This document shows, one piece after another, positions 39,286 to 47,825 of a stretch of DNA of 64,000 nt. Source of the DNA: Thermoanaerobaculia bacterium (lineage in GTDB: Bacteria > Acidobacteriota > Thermoanaerobaculia > UBA5066 > Gp7-AA6); assembly GCA_038224325.1 (NCBI GenBank), contig JBBRFL010000002.1, positions 8,352 to 72,351 on the forward strand, read 5' to 3'. Positions within the stretch are counted from its first letter, which is position 1; the number at the start of each line of letters is the position of its first letter. The position numbers and the translations under genes are program-made. A model generated the notes under the pieces. The model saw nothing but the letters and a program-made list of their open reading frames with translations, did not search any database and was not told the origin of the DNA.

Positions 39286-39974
39286 TCGACCCCCCGGCCT
39301 TCGGCCCGACCCTTGAGCGTCTCCGCCTTGGCCCCGGGCCCGGTCTTGGGCGCGATGGGCGGCGGGGCGGCTCCGGGGGCGAGCCCCTGGGAAGCGGTCG
39401 CCGCGCCGGTCTCGTCCCCCGTGTAGATGAAGGTCTTGGCGATGAAGTTGGATCCGATCGACTTGCCCGGCGTGTTCTCGAGCGCCAGGACCTTGAGATC
39501 CTCGACGTTGATGATGCGCGAGAACCGGCTCATCCGATCGAAGAAGAGCGCGAGGTTATGGTACGTGCCCTCGACCGATACCGTGATCGGCCATTCCGCG
39601 TAGAAGTCCTTCTGGACGAAGTCGCCCGGCTTGAAGGTCTTCAGCGTGAAGTCGCCCTGGCGCGTGAGGGTCTCGATGCGCTTGATCAGCTCCTCGGTGT
39701 TGCGCTTGGAAGGAAGGATCTGGAGCAGCTTCGAGAGCTCGAGCTCCAGCCGTTTGACCTCTTCCCGGAACTGGGAGAGCTTGCGCTCGGCAGCCCGGCC
39801 CTTCGCGATCTCCTGGTTCAAGCCGTCGAGCTCGCTCTTCTTCTGCTGGATCTCCTGGTTCAGGGGACGGAACCAGGCGTAGTGCACGGCCCCGGCCAGG
39901 GCGGCTCCCACGAAGAGGCCCACGCCGAGGGCGTAGTACCAGGGACGATCGTCCATCTTCAGATCGATGGCCAT
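39282..39974 (-). CDS. pilO: Type IV pilus assembly protein PilO
   Basis: An N-terminal transmembrane segment, a coiled coil and the PilO fold are present, and gene order is conserved. Confidence 0.7.
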   Translation of the reverse strand: MAIDLKMDDRPWYYALGVGLFVGAALAGAVHYAWFRPLNQEIQQKKSELDGLNQEIAKGRAAERKLSQFREEVKRLELELSKLLQILPSKRNTEELIKRIETLTRQGDFTLKTFKPGDFVQKDFYAEWPITVSVEGTYHNLALFFDRMSRFSRIINVEDLKVLALENTPGKSIGSNFIAKTFIYTGDETGAATASQGLAPGAAPPPIAPKTGPGAKAETLKGRAEGRGVE

Positions 39975-39977
39975 CGC

Positions 39978-40616
39978 CTATGCTCCCGGCCTCGGAGCGG
40001 GCACGCGCCCGGCCGCGCCGGGCTTGCCCGTTCGCGCGTCGACCGCCGCCGGCTTGCCGTTCGTGAAGGTGACCGTCATTTCCCAGCTGTAGATGCCCTG
40101 GGGACCCGAATCGCGGCCCAGGTTCTTGAAGACCGGCTCCGCGAAATAGGGGCTCTTCTTGAGGTTCTCGAGATAGGTCGCCACCGCGTTGGGAGAAAGC
40201 GTCTTCCCCCGAAGCGTGAGCTGATCGCCCAGGATGGACATGTCCGAGAGCCAGACCAGGTCCGGCAGGGCCTTCGAGATTTCATCCATGAGGCGCACGG
40301 GGCCCGTCTGGTTGGTCTTCAGGTTGTTGATCAGCGCGATCTTTTCCTCGAGGCTCTTCTTCTTGTCCTCGTAGCCCTTCACCTCGTCGATGATGGACTT
40401 GAGCCGGGCGACCTCTTCCCTCGCCTTCCCGATCTCCTCGTCCAGCCGCCGGCGATGGTTCGTCAGGAGCAGGGCCATCACCCCGATGTAGATGATGCCG
40501 AGCGCGACTCCCCCGATGAGGAGCAGGTTGTTGAGGCGGGCGCCGGTCGGAAGGGCCGGGCCCTTCTTCTTGGCCGCGGCCGCACGGGCTTCCGTGAGGA
40601 GATTGATTCTGATCAA
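39978..40616 (-). CDS. pilN: Type IV pilus assembly protein PilN
   Basis: The N-terminus MIRINLL is the classic PilN start (MIRINLLP). A transmembrane helix and a coiled coil follow. Confidence 0.75.
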   Translation of the reverse strand: MIRINLLTEARAAAAKKKGPALPTGARLNNLLLIGGVALGIIYIGVMALLLTNHRRRLDEEIGKAREEVARLKSIIDEVKGYEDKKKSLEEKIALINNLKTNQTGPVRLMDEISKALPDLVWLSDMSILGDQLTLRGKTLSPNAVATYLENLKKSPYFAEPVFKNLGRDSGPQGIYSWEMTVTFTNGKPAAVDARTGKPGAAGRVPAPRPGA

Positions 40617-41674
40617 GCGACTTCATCCCCGATGTGCCGGATCGCCAGCCCCACCGCCACGGCCAGGCTCGGCGCGTTGTCGGTGAGCCATTCGCCCGAA
40701 ACCGCCGCGCCGGCAATGTCGATCTGGCGGAAGGGATTCAGGATCTCTACCGGTATCGAGAACCGCTCCTTGAGCTGGGCGTCGAGATTCACGACGCGCG
40801 AGGCGCCGCCGGAGATGAACAGCTGATCGATCTTCTCCGTGGACGTCGTGGCCAGGAAGAAATCGAAGGTCTTCTGGAGCTCCTGCGCCAGGTCGTCGGA
40901 GACGGAGCGGAGGATCGGGAGGATCTCCTGGAGGGAGTGCTCCCCCGTCTTCTCGCCCTTTTTCAGCGCCTCGGCCTGGTCGAACGACAGCGAGAGCTGC
41001 TTCTGGATCGCGTCCGTGTACTGGTTGCCGCCGAAGGAGATGTCGCGCCAGAAGATGGTGTTGGCGCCAGAGAGGATGTTGACGTTGGTGACCGAGGCCC
41101 CGATGTTGACCAGGGCGACCACGCGGCCCGGCTCCACGGGGTAATTGGCCTCGAAGGCGTTCTGGAGCGCGAAGGCGTCCACGTCCACCAGGACCGGCGT
41201 CTTGCCCGCCTGGGTGATCACGCTGGTGTAATCGCCGATCTTGTCCTTCTTGACGGCCACGAGCAGGACGTCCATCGTCTCGCCGCCAGCCGACTCCAGG
41301 ACGACGTAATCGAGGTTGACGTCGTTGATGTCGAAAGGCACGTACTGCTCGGCCTCCCACCGGATCGACTCGGCCAGCTCCTCCGGGGACATCGTGGGGA
41401 GGGAGATCTTCTTGATGATCACGGAATGGCCCGAAAGGGACGTCCCGAACTCCTGGTTGCGCACGTTCAGGGAGGACACAATGCGGTTGACCGTGTCCAC
41501 CACCAGGGAGCCGTCCATGATCGCCCCGTCGACGATCGCCTCGGGGGAGAGGGCTTCCAGGCCGGTCTTGACGAGGCGAAAACCTCCGCCCTTCGCGTCC
41601 TTGAGTTCGACGAGTTTAATCGCCGAGGACCCGATATCCAGACCCACCAAGTTCTTGGACTTGCTGAACAACAC
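40613..41674 (-). CDS. pilM: Type IV pilus assembly ATPase-like protein PilM (actin-like fold)
   Basis: The N-terminus LVGLDIGSSAIKLVEL and FtsA/actin-like motifs are present. The product is 353 aa. Confidence 0.85.
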   Translation of the reverse strand: MLFSKSKNLVGLDIGSSAIKLVELKDAKGGGFRLVKTGLEALSPEAIVDGAIMDGSLVVDTVNRIVSSLNVRNQEFGTSLSGHSVIIKKISLPTMSPEELAESIRWEAEQYVPFDINDVNLDYVVLESAGGETMDVLLVAVKKDKIGDYTSVITQAGKTPVLVDVDAFALQNAFEANYPVEPGRVVALVNIGASVTNVNILSGANTIFWRDISFGGNQYTDAIQKQLSLSFDQAEALKKGEKTGEHSLQEILPILRSVSDDLAQELQKTFDFFLATTSTEKIDQLFISGGASRVVNLDAQLKERFSIPVEILNPFRQIDIAGAAVSGEWLTDNAPSLAVAVGLAIRHIGDEVA

Positions 41675-41867
41675 GTTTTGCGCCCCACCGAAAGAATTAA
41701 TACGGTTACGGGCTTCGACCTATGGTTATTTCGGCTGGTTGCCAAAATAGCAAAAGGTTTTACCGTAGTCAAGAGTTCTAAGCCGCTAAAACATCAACCG
41801 TGCAAAGACTTAACCCCAACGGACAGGTGAGGGGCGCCTCGTACAGCTGTTCTCTGTTGCGCCCGAC

Positions 41868-41898
41868 CCCGCGGCGGTGTAGGCTTCGCGGGTTTTTT
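41868..41898 (+). terminator. Rho-independent terminator-like hairpin 29 nt upstream of the rpmB start codon
   Basis: A GC stem cccgcg/cgcggg with a 13-nt loop is followed by a TTTTTT run on the plus strand. The upstream 41690..41860 segment is unusually AT-rich for this genome. Confidence 0.45.
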
Positions 41899-41926
41899 CG
41901 GCCCGCCGGCCAGATCGGGGAGACTC

Positions 41927-42157
41927 ATGGCTCAGCACTGTCATTTTTGCGGAAAGACGCCGATGTCGGGCCATCGGGTCAGCCACGCGCACAACGTGAC
42001 CAACCGGAAATGGAACCTCAACCTCAAGACCGTTCGCGCGAGCATCGCCGGCGTGAACCACAAGGTCACGGCGTGTACCCGCTGTATCCGCTCGGGCAAG
42101 ATCGTCAAGCCCGCGCCGCGCCCGAAGGCGGCGCCGGCCGGAGCGCCGGCCTCCTAG
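41927..42157 (+). CDS. rpmB: 50S ribosomal protein L28
   Basis: The product MAQHCHFCGKTPMSGHRVSHAHNVTNRKWNLNLKTVR is a typical L28. A GGGGAG ribosome-binding site lies upstream. Confidence 0.85.
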   Translation: MAQHCHFCGKTPMSGHRVSHAHNVTNRKWNLNLKTVRASIAGVNHKVTACTRCIRSGKIVKPAPRPKAAPAGAPAS

Positions 42158-42163
42158 GGGCGG

Positions 42164-44347
42164 CTACTCTCTCTCCCCCGCCCTCGCCACGTTGTACTTG
42201 CGCACCACGTCGCGCACGCCGCTGACGGCGCGAATCCGGCTGACGATCTTCTCGAGCTGCTTCAGGTCCGAGGTCTCCAGCGACACCGCGACGAAGGCCT
42301 CCCGGGTTTCGTCCACGCGCGCCTCGATCCTGCGGATGTTCGAGCCCTCGCCCGCGATGGCCTGGGTCACGTCCGCGAGGAGCCCCGGCCGGTCGTCCGT
42401 GACCACCTCGAGCTCGATCGCGTAGGACGACTTCTTTTCGCCCGCCCAGCCGACTTCGATCTGGCGCTCCGGGTCGTACAGCAGGTTCTTGACGTTCGGA
42501 CAGCTCTCGGAGTGGACCGAGACGCCCCGGCCCCGGGTGATATAGCCGATCACCTTCTCGCCCGGCACCGGGTTACAGCACTTGGCGAGCGAGGCCAGGA
42601 GGTCGTTGTGCCCGACCACCACGACGTCGGGCGCGCCGAACGGCAGGATTTTGCGCACCACGCGGGAGACAGCCGACTCCCTGCGCTCCGGCTCGGGCTT
42701 CGCGAGCTCGTCGGCGGGCACGAAGCGCTCGAGCGCGTTGCGGGGGGCAAGCTTTCCGTAGCCGATCGCGGCGAAAAGGTCCTCCCGCTTCGAGAAGCCC
42801 CAGTGCGAAAGCTCGCGGGTCAGCGAACCGTCGGCGTCGAGCTTCTTGAGCGTCCGCTTGAACTTCTTGAGCTCCCGCTCGAGCAGGCGCCGTCCGAGCT
42901 CGACCGCCTGGAGCTTCTCCTGTTCGTGGATGAAGTGGCGGATCTTGTGGCGGGCCCGGCTCGTGACGACGGAGGAGAGCCAGTCGCGGGAAGGGGTCTG
43001 CGCCTGCGCCGTGACGATCTCGACGATGTCGCCGCTCTGGAGGGGCGTCCGCAGCGGCACGAGCTTCCCGTTGACGCGGGCGCCCACGCAACGGTGCCCG
43101 ACGTCGGTGTGCACGCGGTAGGCGAAATCGATGGGCGTGGCCCCCCGAGGGAAGGCGAACACCTCCCCCTTGGGCGTGAACGTGTAGACCTCGTCGGGAT
43201 ACAGGTCGACCTTGAGCGACGACAGGAACTGCCGGGGATCCGAGACCTCGCTCTGCCAGTCGACCATCTGCCGGAGCCACTGGAAACGGGCGTCGTCGGA
43301 GTGCGAGCCGAGCTTGCCCTCCTTGTACTTCCAGTGCGCCGCGATCCCCCGCTCCGCGATCAGATCCATCTCGCGCGTCCGGATCTGGATCTCGAAGGGC
43401 TGGCCGGTCTCCCCGATCACCGTCGTGTGCAGCGACTGGTAGAAGTTGGGCTTGGGCATCGCGATGTAGTCCTTGATGCGCCCGGGAACGGGGCGCCAGA
43501 GCTGATGCACCATTCCCAGGGCGGCATAGCAGTCGCGGGTCTCGGGGACCACGATGCGAAACGCGAGGATGTCATAGAGCTGCGCGACCTCGACATCGGT
43601 GCGCTTCAGCTTCGACCAGATCGAGTAGTACCGCTTCATGCGGCCGGAGATCTCCGCCGGCACTCCGAACTCCGCCAGCCGGGCGTCCAGACGCTTGCGG
43701 ATGTCGCCGATCATCTCCTCGGAGACCTTCATGCGGCGCGCGACTTCGCGGGACACCTTCTCGTGCTCGTCGGGCTCGAGGTACAGGAAGGCGAGGTCCT
43801 CGAGCTCTCCCTTCACGTTGCCCATCCCGAGCCGGTGAGCGATCGGCGCGTAGATGTCGAGCGTCTCGCGCGCGATCTCCCGCCGCTTGGACTCCGGGAG
43901 GAATCCGAGCGTGCGCATGTTGTGGAGGCGGTCCGCCAGCTTGACGAGGACGATCCGGAGGTCCGAGATCATCGCGAGGATCATCTTGCGGAAGGTCTCC
44001 GCCTGCTCCGCCTCGCGCGACACGTAGGAGAACTTGCCGATCTTGGTCAGCCCGTCGACCAGCTCGGCGACCTCGTCGCCGAATTGCGCCGCGATCGCGG
44101 TCTTGGTCGTCAGGGTGTCCTCGAGGACGTCGTGAAGGAGTCCCACGACGATCGAGAGGTCGTCCGCCTTCAGCTCCGCCAGGATCGCCGCGACGTTGAG
44201 GGGGTGGACCAGGTACGGCTCGCCCGAGCGGCGCACCTGGCCCTTGTGCTCGCGGGCCGAGAAGACGTAGGCCCGGCGCAGCAGGTCCAGATCGCTCGTC
44301 GGGTTGTACGCCTCGACCTTTTCGAGGATCTCTTCGAAGTGGATCAC
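42164..44347 (-). CDS. relA: Bifunctional (p)ppGpp synthetase/hydrolase (RelA/SpoT family)
   Basis: An HD hydrolase domain (HPLNVAAILAELKADDLSIVVGLLHDVLED), synthetase, TGS and ACT domains are present. The product is 727 aa. Confidence 0.9.
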   Translation of the reverse strand: MIHFEEILEKVEAYNPTSDLDLLRRAYVFSAREHKGQVRRSGEPYLVHPLNVAAILAELKADDLSIVVGLLHDVLEDTLTTKTAIAAQFGDEVAELVDGLTKIGKFSYVSREAEQAETFRKMILAMISDLRIVLVKLADRLHNMRTLGFLPESKRREIARETLDIYAPIAHRLGMGNVKGELEDLAFLYLEPDEHEKVSREVARRMKVSEEMIGDIRKRLDARLAEFGVPAEISGRMKRYYSIWSKLKRTDVEVAQLYDILAFRIVVPETRDCYAALGMVHQLWRPVPGRIKDYIAMPKPNFYQSLHTTVIGETGQPFEIQIRTREMDLIAERGIAAHWKYKEGKLGSHSDDARFQWLRQMVDWQSEVSDPRQFLSSLKVDLYPDEVYTFTPKGEVFAFPRGATPIDFAYRVHTDVGHRCVGARVNGKLVPLRTPLQSGDIVEIVTAQAQTPSRDWLSSVVTSRARHKIRHFIHEQEKLQAVELGRRLLERELKKFKRTLKKLDADGSLTRELSHWGFSKREDLFAAIGYGKLAPRNALERFVPADELAKPEPERRESAVSRVVRKILPFGAPDVVVVGHNDLLASLAKCCNPVPGEKVIGYITRGRGVSVHSESCPNVKNLLYDPERQIEVGWAGEKKSSYAIELEVVTDDRPGLLADVTQAIAGEGSNIRRIEARVDETREAFVAVSLETSDLKQLEKIVSRIRAVSGVRDVVRKYNVARAGERE

Positions 44348-44398
44348 GCCCTAAGGGTAAGGCGGAATCGGGCCCGGGGCAAAGGGGCCGGAAGCGGG

Positions 44399-45685
44399 CT
44401 ACCGCCTCTTGGAGTTCTTCCTCGGGGCGCGAGCCGCGGGCACGGGAGGCTGAGTCCTCGCGGGCGGGGGCGCCTGTGGCCGGGGCGGCGACGGTTGGGG
44501 CCTGGACGCGGCGGGAACCACCGCGAGCTTCCCGCGGTTCTGGAAATCCTTCCAGATGACCACGATGGCCGCGGCGACGTAGATCGACGAGTAGGTCCCG
44601 ACGACGATCCCGATCATGAGGGTGAGCGCGAACGTGTGCAGCACCTCGCCCCCCAGGAAGAAGAGCGCCACGACGACCAGCATGGTGGCGCCCGACGTCA
44701 GGATCGTCCGCGACAGCGTCTGGTTGACCGACCGGTTGATCACCGCGGCGAGGGGCTCCTTCTTCGGGGTCCTCTGGTTCTCGCGCACGCGATCGTAGAC
44801 GACGACGGTGTCGTTGACGGAGTAGCCGACGAGCGTGAGGAGGGCGGCCACGACGACGAGGTTGAACTCGCGCCCCATGAGGGCCAGGAGGCCGACGGTG
44901 ATGAGGGTGTCGTGAACGAGGGCCACGATCGCCCCCACGCCGAAGGGAACCGATCGAAACCGGAACGCGATGTAGAGGAGCATGCCGACCGTGGACCAGA
45001 CCATCGCGAGGACGGCCTTCTTCTGGAGGTCCGACCCGACCTGCGGGCCGACGTTCTCGGCGGAGAGCAGCACGAAGGGCCCCGCGATCGTGTTCGCCTG
45101 CACCCAGGCCTTGGCCTCCGGCGAGACGCCCTGGACGGACGCGACGTCTCCCGGGGATCGGAAGAGGCCGAGATCCGAGCGCCTCGCGATGATCCGCTCG
45201 GCCGCCTGCGCATAGTAGGCCGCAGGAGCCGCGTCCGGGCGGCCGGCCACGTGATCCGGGTCGGCGGCGGACAGGCGCGCCGCGAGGGTCGCCTTGCCTT
45301 CCATGTTGATGTCGATCTTGCCCGGGTCGGTGGGCGCGGCGAGCCCCTGCCGGAGCGTCTTGAGCACGTCTCCCGCCACGTCGCGCCCCTCCTTCGCCTG
45401 CTGCTGCACGCGAATGAGAACCTCGTTCTTCTCGGCCTCCTCGTAGCGCTGGATCCCGATCTCGCCGAGGTTCGCCCCGTCCAGGATCTTGCGGATCCGC
45501 TCGATGTCGGGCCGCTCCGCGAAGCGCACCGCGATGGCGGTTCCGCCGGAGAAGTCGATCCCGAACTTCAGCCCCTTCTGGACGAAGATCGCGAAGAACC
45601 CCAGGAGGATCAGCGCCCAGGAGGCGCCGATCGCCCACCACTTGTAGCGGAGGAAGTCGATCTTGGTCTGGCGGAAAAGCTCCAT
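44399..45685 (-). CDS. secF: Protein translocase subunit SecF, with a Pro-rich C-terminal extension
   Basis: SecF transmembrane topology and motifs are present (FGIDFSGGT, VNDTVVVYDRVREN). The last 50 aa or so are Pro/Ala-rich. Confidence 0.85.
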   Translation of the reverse strand: MELFRQTKIDFLRYKWWAIGASWALILLGFFAIFVQKGLKFGIDFSGGTAIAVRFAERPDIERIRKILDGANLGEIGIQRYEEAEKNEVLIRVQQQAKEGRDVAGDVLKTLRQGLAAPTDPGKIDINMEGKATLAARLSAADPDHVAGRPDAAPAAYYAQAAERIIARRSDLGLFRSPGDVASVQGVSPEAKAWVQANTIAGPFVLLSAENVGPQVGSDLQKKAVLAMVWSTVGMLLYIAFRFRSVPFGVGAIVALVHDTLITVGLLALMGREFNLVVVAALLTLVGYSVNDTVVVYDRVRENQRTPKKEPLAAVINRSVNQTLSRTILTSGATMLVVVALFFLGGEVLHTFALTLMIGIVVGTYSSIYVAAAIVVIWKDFQNRGKLAVVPAASRPQPSPPRPQAPPPARTQPPVPAARAPRKNSKRR

Positions 45686-45712
45686 CGTTTTCTCTTTCGT
45701 CCTCGGCGAGGC

Positions 45713-47329
45713 CTAGATCGAAACCGTATCGATGTGCTGGCGGCGCCCGTACTCGAGCTCGAAGATCGTGTGCGAGACGAAGACCGCGGTGAACATGGAG
45801 ATCAGGAGACCGATGATCAGCGTGACGGCGAATCCCTTGACCGGGCCGGTGCCGAACTGGAGCAGGAAGAGGGCCGAGATGATCGTCGTCGCGTGGGTGT
45901 CCACGATCGTCGCGAAGGCCTTGGAGAAGCCGTTCTCGATCGCGGCCTTCGGAGCCCGCCCGTTGCGCAGCTCCTCGCGGATCCTCTCGAAGACCAGCAC
46001 GTTGGAATCGACCGCCATGCCGATCGTCAGGATGAATCCCGCGATCCCCGGCAGGGTCAGGGTCGCGTCGAACATCGACATCGCGGCCCCCAGCAGAATC
46101 GCGTTCAGGATCAGCGCGATCACGGCGTTCCAGCCGGCGCGGCGGTAGTACACCGCCATCGCGATGAACACGAGGAACGCCCCGACCACCGACGCCGTGA
46201 TGCCCTTGCGGATCGAGTCGAGCCCGAGCGAAGGCCCGACCGTCCGCTCCTCGAGGTAGGTCAGCCCGGCCGGCAGCGCGCCCGCCCGGAGCACCAGCGC
46301 GAGGTCGTTGGCCTCCTCGGGCGAGAAGGTTCCCTCGATGACGCCCTGGTCCGTGATGCGGTCCTTGATGTTCGGCGCCGATTGAACGCGGTTGTCGAGC
46401 ACGATCGCCAGGTGCTTGCCGATGTTCGCGCCGGTGACCGCGCCGAACTTCTGCGATCCGTTGGCCGTCAGGAAGAAGGAGACGTGGTGGGCGCCGAACT
46501 GCCCCTGGGAGGGGCGGGCATTCTTCAGATCGCGGCCCGTGATGGCCGCCTGCTTCCGCACGAGGTAGAACGAGCGCTCCCGGGAGCCGGCCTCGGGCTT
46601 GGACTCGACGATCTTGAACTGGTCCGGAACCTTCCCGTCGGGATACTTCGAGATCAGCGCTGCCTCGGTCGAGGGGCCTGCTTCGACCAGAGAGAGCTCC
46701 AGGAAGGCGGTGTTCTTGATGAGGTCCTTGACGCGCTTGGGATCGTCGATCCCCGGCAGCTGCACGAGGATGCGGTCCGAGCCCTCCCGGGCGATCAGCG
46801 GCTCCGAGACCCCGAATTCGTCGATCCGGTTGCGGATGGTCTCGACGGCCTGGGCGACGGCGTTGTCCTCGAGCTGGCGCCGCGCCGGCTCCTTGAGGAC
46901 GAACGTCCACTTTCCTCCCACGGTGCTGTAGGTCCAATCGGGCAGGAAGCGCTTGATCGCTTCGTCGACCTTCGCCTGGTCCGTCTTCGGGTCCACGACG
47001 ACGGCGAAGGAGGTGTTTGTCGGGAGCTCGATCGCTCCGAGCCCGGCATCCTTGGTGTTGGTCTTGAGCGTCTCGACCGCGTCGTCGCGCTCCGCCTTCA
47101 CGGCATCGGCGGTGTTGACCTGGAGCACGAGGTGAATCCCGCCGCGCAGATCGAGGCCGAGCTTGATGGCTTTCCTCAAGGCGTCCTTCAGGGTCGGGCC
47201 GCCCGGCCCGGTCCACTCCTTGTTCGCGTGGGAATAGCCCGTGGCGACGTACCCGGCGATGGCTCCCGCCACGATCAGGACGATCAAGAGAACGCGCCAG
47301 CGGAGCTTCTTGCCCAAGATTCCTCCCAA
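45713..47329 (-). CDS. secD: Protein translocase subunit SecD
   Basis: SecD periplasmic domain and transmembrane motifs are present (LGLDLRGGIHL, VDSNVLVFERIRE). The ORF track start is a TTG. A second TTG 12 nt downstream sits 4 nt behind GGGAGGA and may be the true start. Confidence 0.85.
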   Translation of the reverse strand: MGGILGKKLRWRVLLIVLIVAGAIAGYVATGYSHANKEWTGPGGPTLKDALRKAIKLGLDLRGGIHLVLQVNTADAVKAERDDAVETLKTNTKDAGLGAIELPTNTSFAVVVDPKTDQAKVDEAIKRFLPDWTYSTVGGKWTFVLKEPARRQLEDNAVAQAVETIRNRIDEFGVSEPLIAREGSDRILVQLPGIDDPKRVKDLIKNTAFLELSLVEAGPSTEAALISKYPDGKVPDQFKIVESKPEAGSRERSFYLVRKQAAITGRDLKNARPSQGQFGAHHVSFFLTANGSQKFGAVTGANIGKHLAIVLDNRVQSAPNIKDRITDQGVIEGTFSPEEANDLALVLRAGALPAGLTYLEERTVGPSLGLDSIRKGITASVVGAFLVFIAMAVYYRRAGWNAVIALILNAILLGAAMSMFDATLTLPGIAGFILTIGMAVDSNVLVFERIREELRNGRAPKAAIENGFSKAFATIVDTHATTIISALFLLQFGTGPVKGFAVTLIIGLLISMFTAVFVSHTIFELEYGRRQHIDTVSI

Positions 47330-47376
47330 AAAGAACGCCGGAGTTTACAGGAAGAGAGGCGGTTGGCGGTAGGTGT

Positions 47377-47456
47377 CAGGCGACAGGCACTTTCCCATCA
47401 CTCGTCACCTGTCGCCTGTCGCCTTGTTGCGGCTCAAGCCCCTGTCGCGCTTGAGC
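47377..47456 (-). promoter_or_regulatory. Two stable hairpins in the yajC-secD intergenic region (possible attenuator or mRNA processing site)
   Basis: A perfect 11-bp inverted repeat caggcgacagg/cctgtcgcctg (about 47377-47387 and 47408-47418, 20-nt loop) is present. A second 8-bp stem gctcaagc/gcttgagc (about 47432-47456) overlaps the yajC stop codon. The CCTGTCGC motif occurs three times within 50 nt. Confidence 0.35.
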
Positions 47457-47772
47457 TTGCGTCCGGCTCTCCGGCCGGGCCCGCGATCGCGCTGCGGAGA
47501 ACCTTGACCTTCGTGTTGTCCGAGATCTGAAGGATGACGAACCCCCGCTCCTCGTCGAGCGCGGTGATTCTCCCGAAGATGCCGCCTCCGGTCACGACCT
47601 CGTCGCCCTTCTTGAGCTTGGAGAGCATCTCCTGGGTCTTCTTCTGCTTCTTGCGCATGGGCGCGATGAGGAGGAAGTAGAAGATGACGAAGATGAAGAT
47701 CATCGGGAGGAACTGGATGAGCCCTCCCGCGGCGCCTCCGGGCGCCGGTGCGGTTTGAAGCAATTGGATCAT
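47434..47772 (-). CDS. yajC: Preprotein translocase subunit YajC
   Basis: The 112-aa product has one transmembrane helix (LPMIFIFVIFYFLLIAPMRKKQKK) and the YajC core (GDEVVTGGGIFGRI). It sits upstream of secDF as in most bacteria. Confidence 0.8.
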   Translation of the reverse strand: MIQLLQTAPAPGGAAGGLIQFLPMIFIFVIFYFLLIAPMRKKQKKTQEMLSKLKKGDEVVTGGGIFGRITALDEERGFVILQISDNTKVKVLRSAIAGPAGEPDASSSATGA

Positions 47773-47825
47773 AGGCGGCGGATCATACAAGAGTCCCGTC
47801 GGCCCGGGCGCGCACGGGGCCACTC

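Noticed and set aside
44399-44560. The Pro/Ala-rich C-terminal tail of SecF (PQPSPPRPQAPPPARTQPPVPAARAPRKNSKRR) as a possible separate gene or frameshift
   Set aside because: The tail is in frame and contiguous with the SecF transmembrane core. Proline-rich C-terminal extensions on SecDF are plausible low-complexity tails. There is no evidence of an independent start.
42512-47530. A 1672-aa plus-strand ORF, together with a 1214-aa minus-strand ORF at 43572..47216, spanning the relA-secF-secD region
   Set aside because: Both are antisense or out of frame relative to three strongly conserved housekeeping genes. Their translations are Arg/Gly/Asp/Pro-rich with no domain resemblance. Long stop-free frames like this are expected by chance at about 70% GC.
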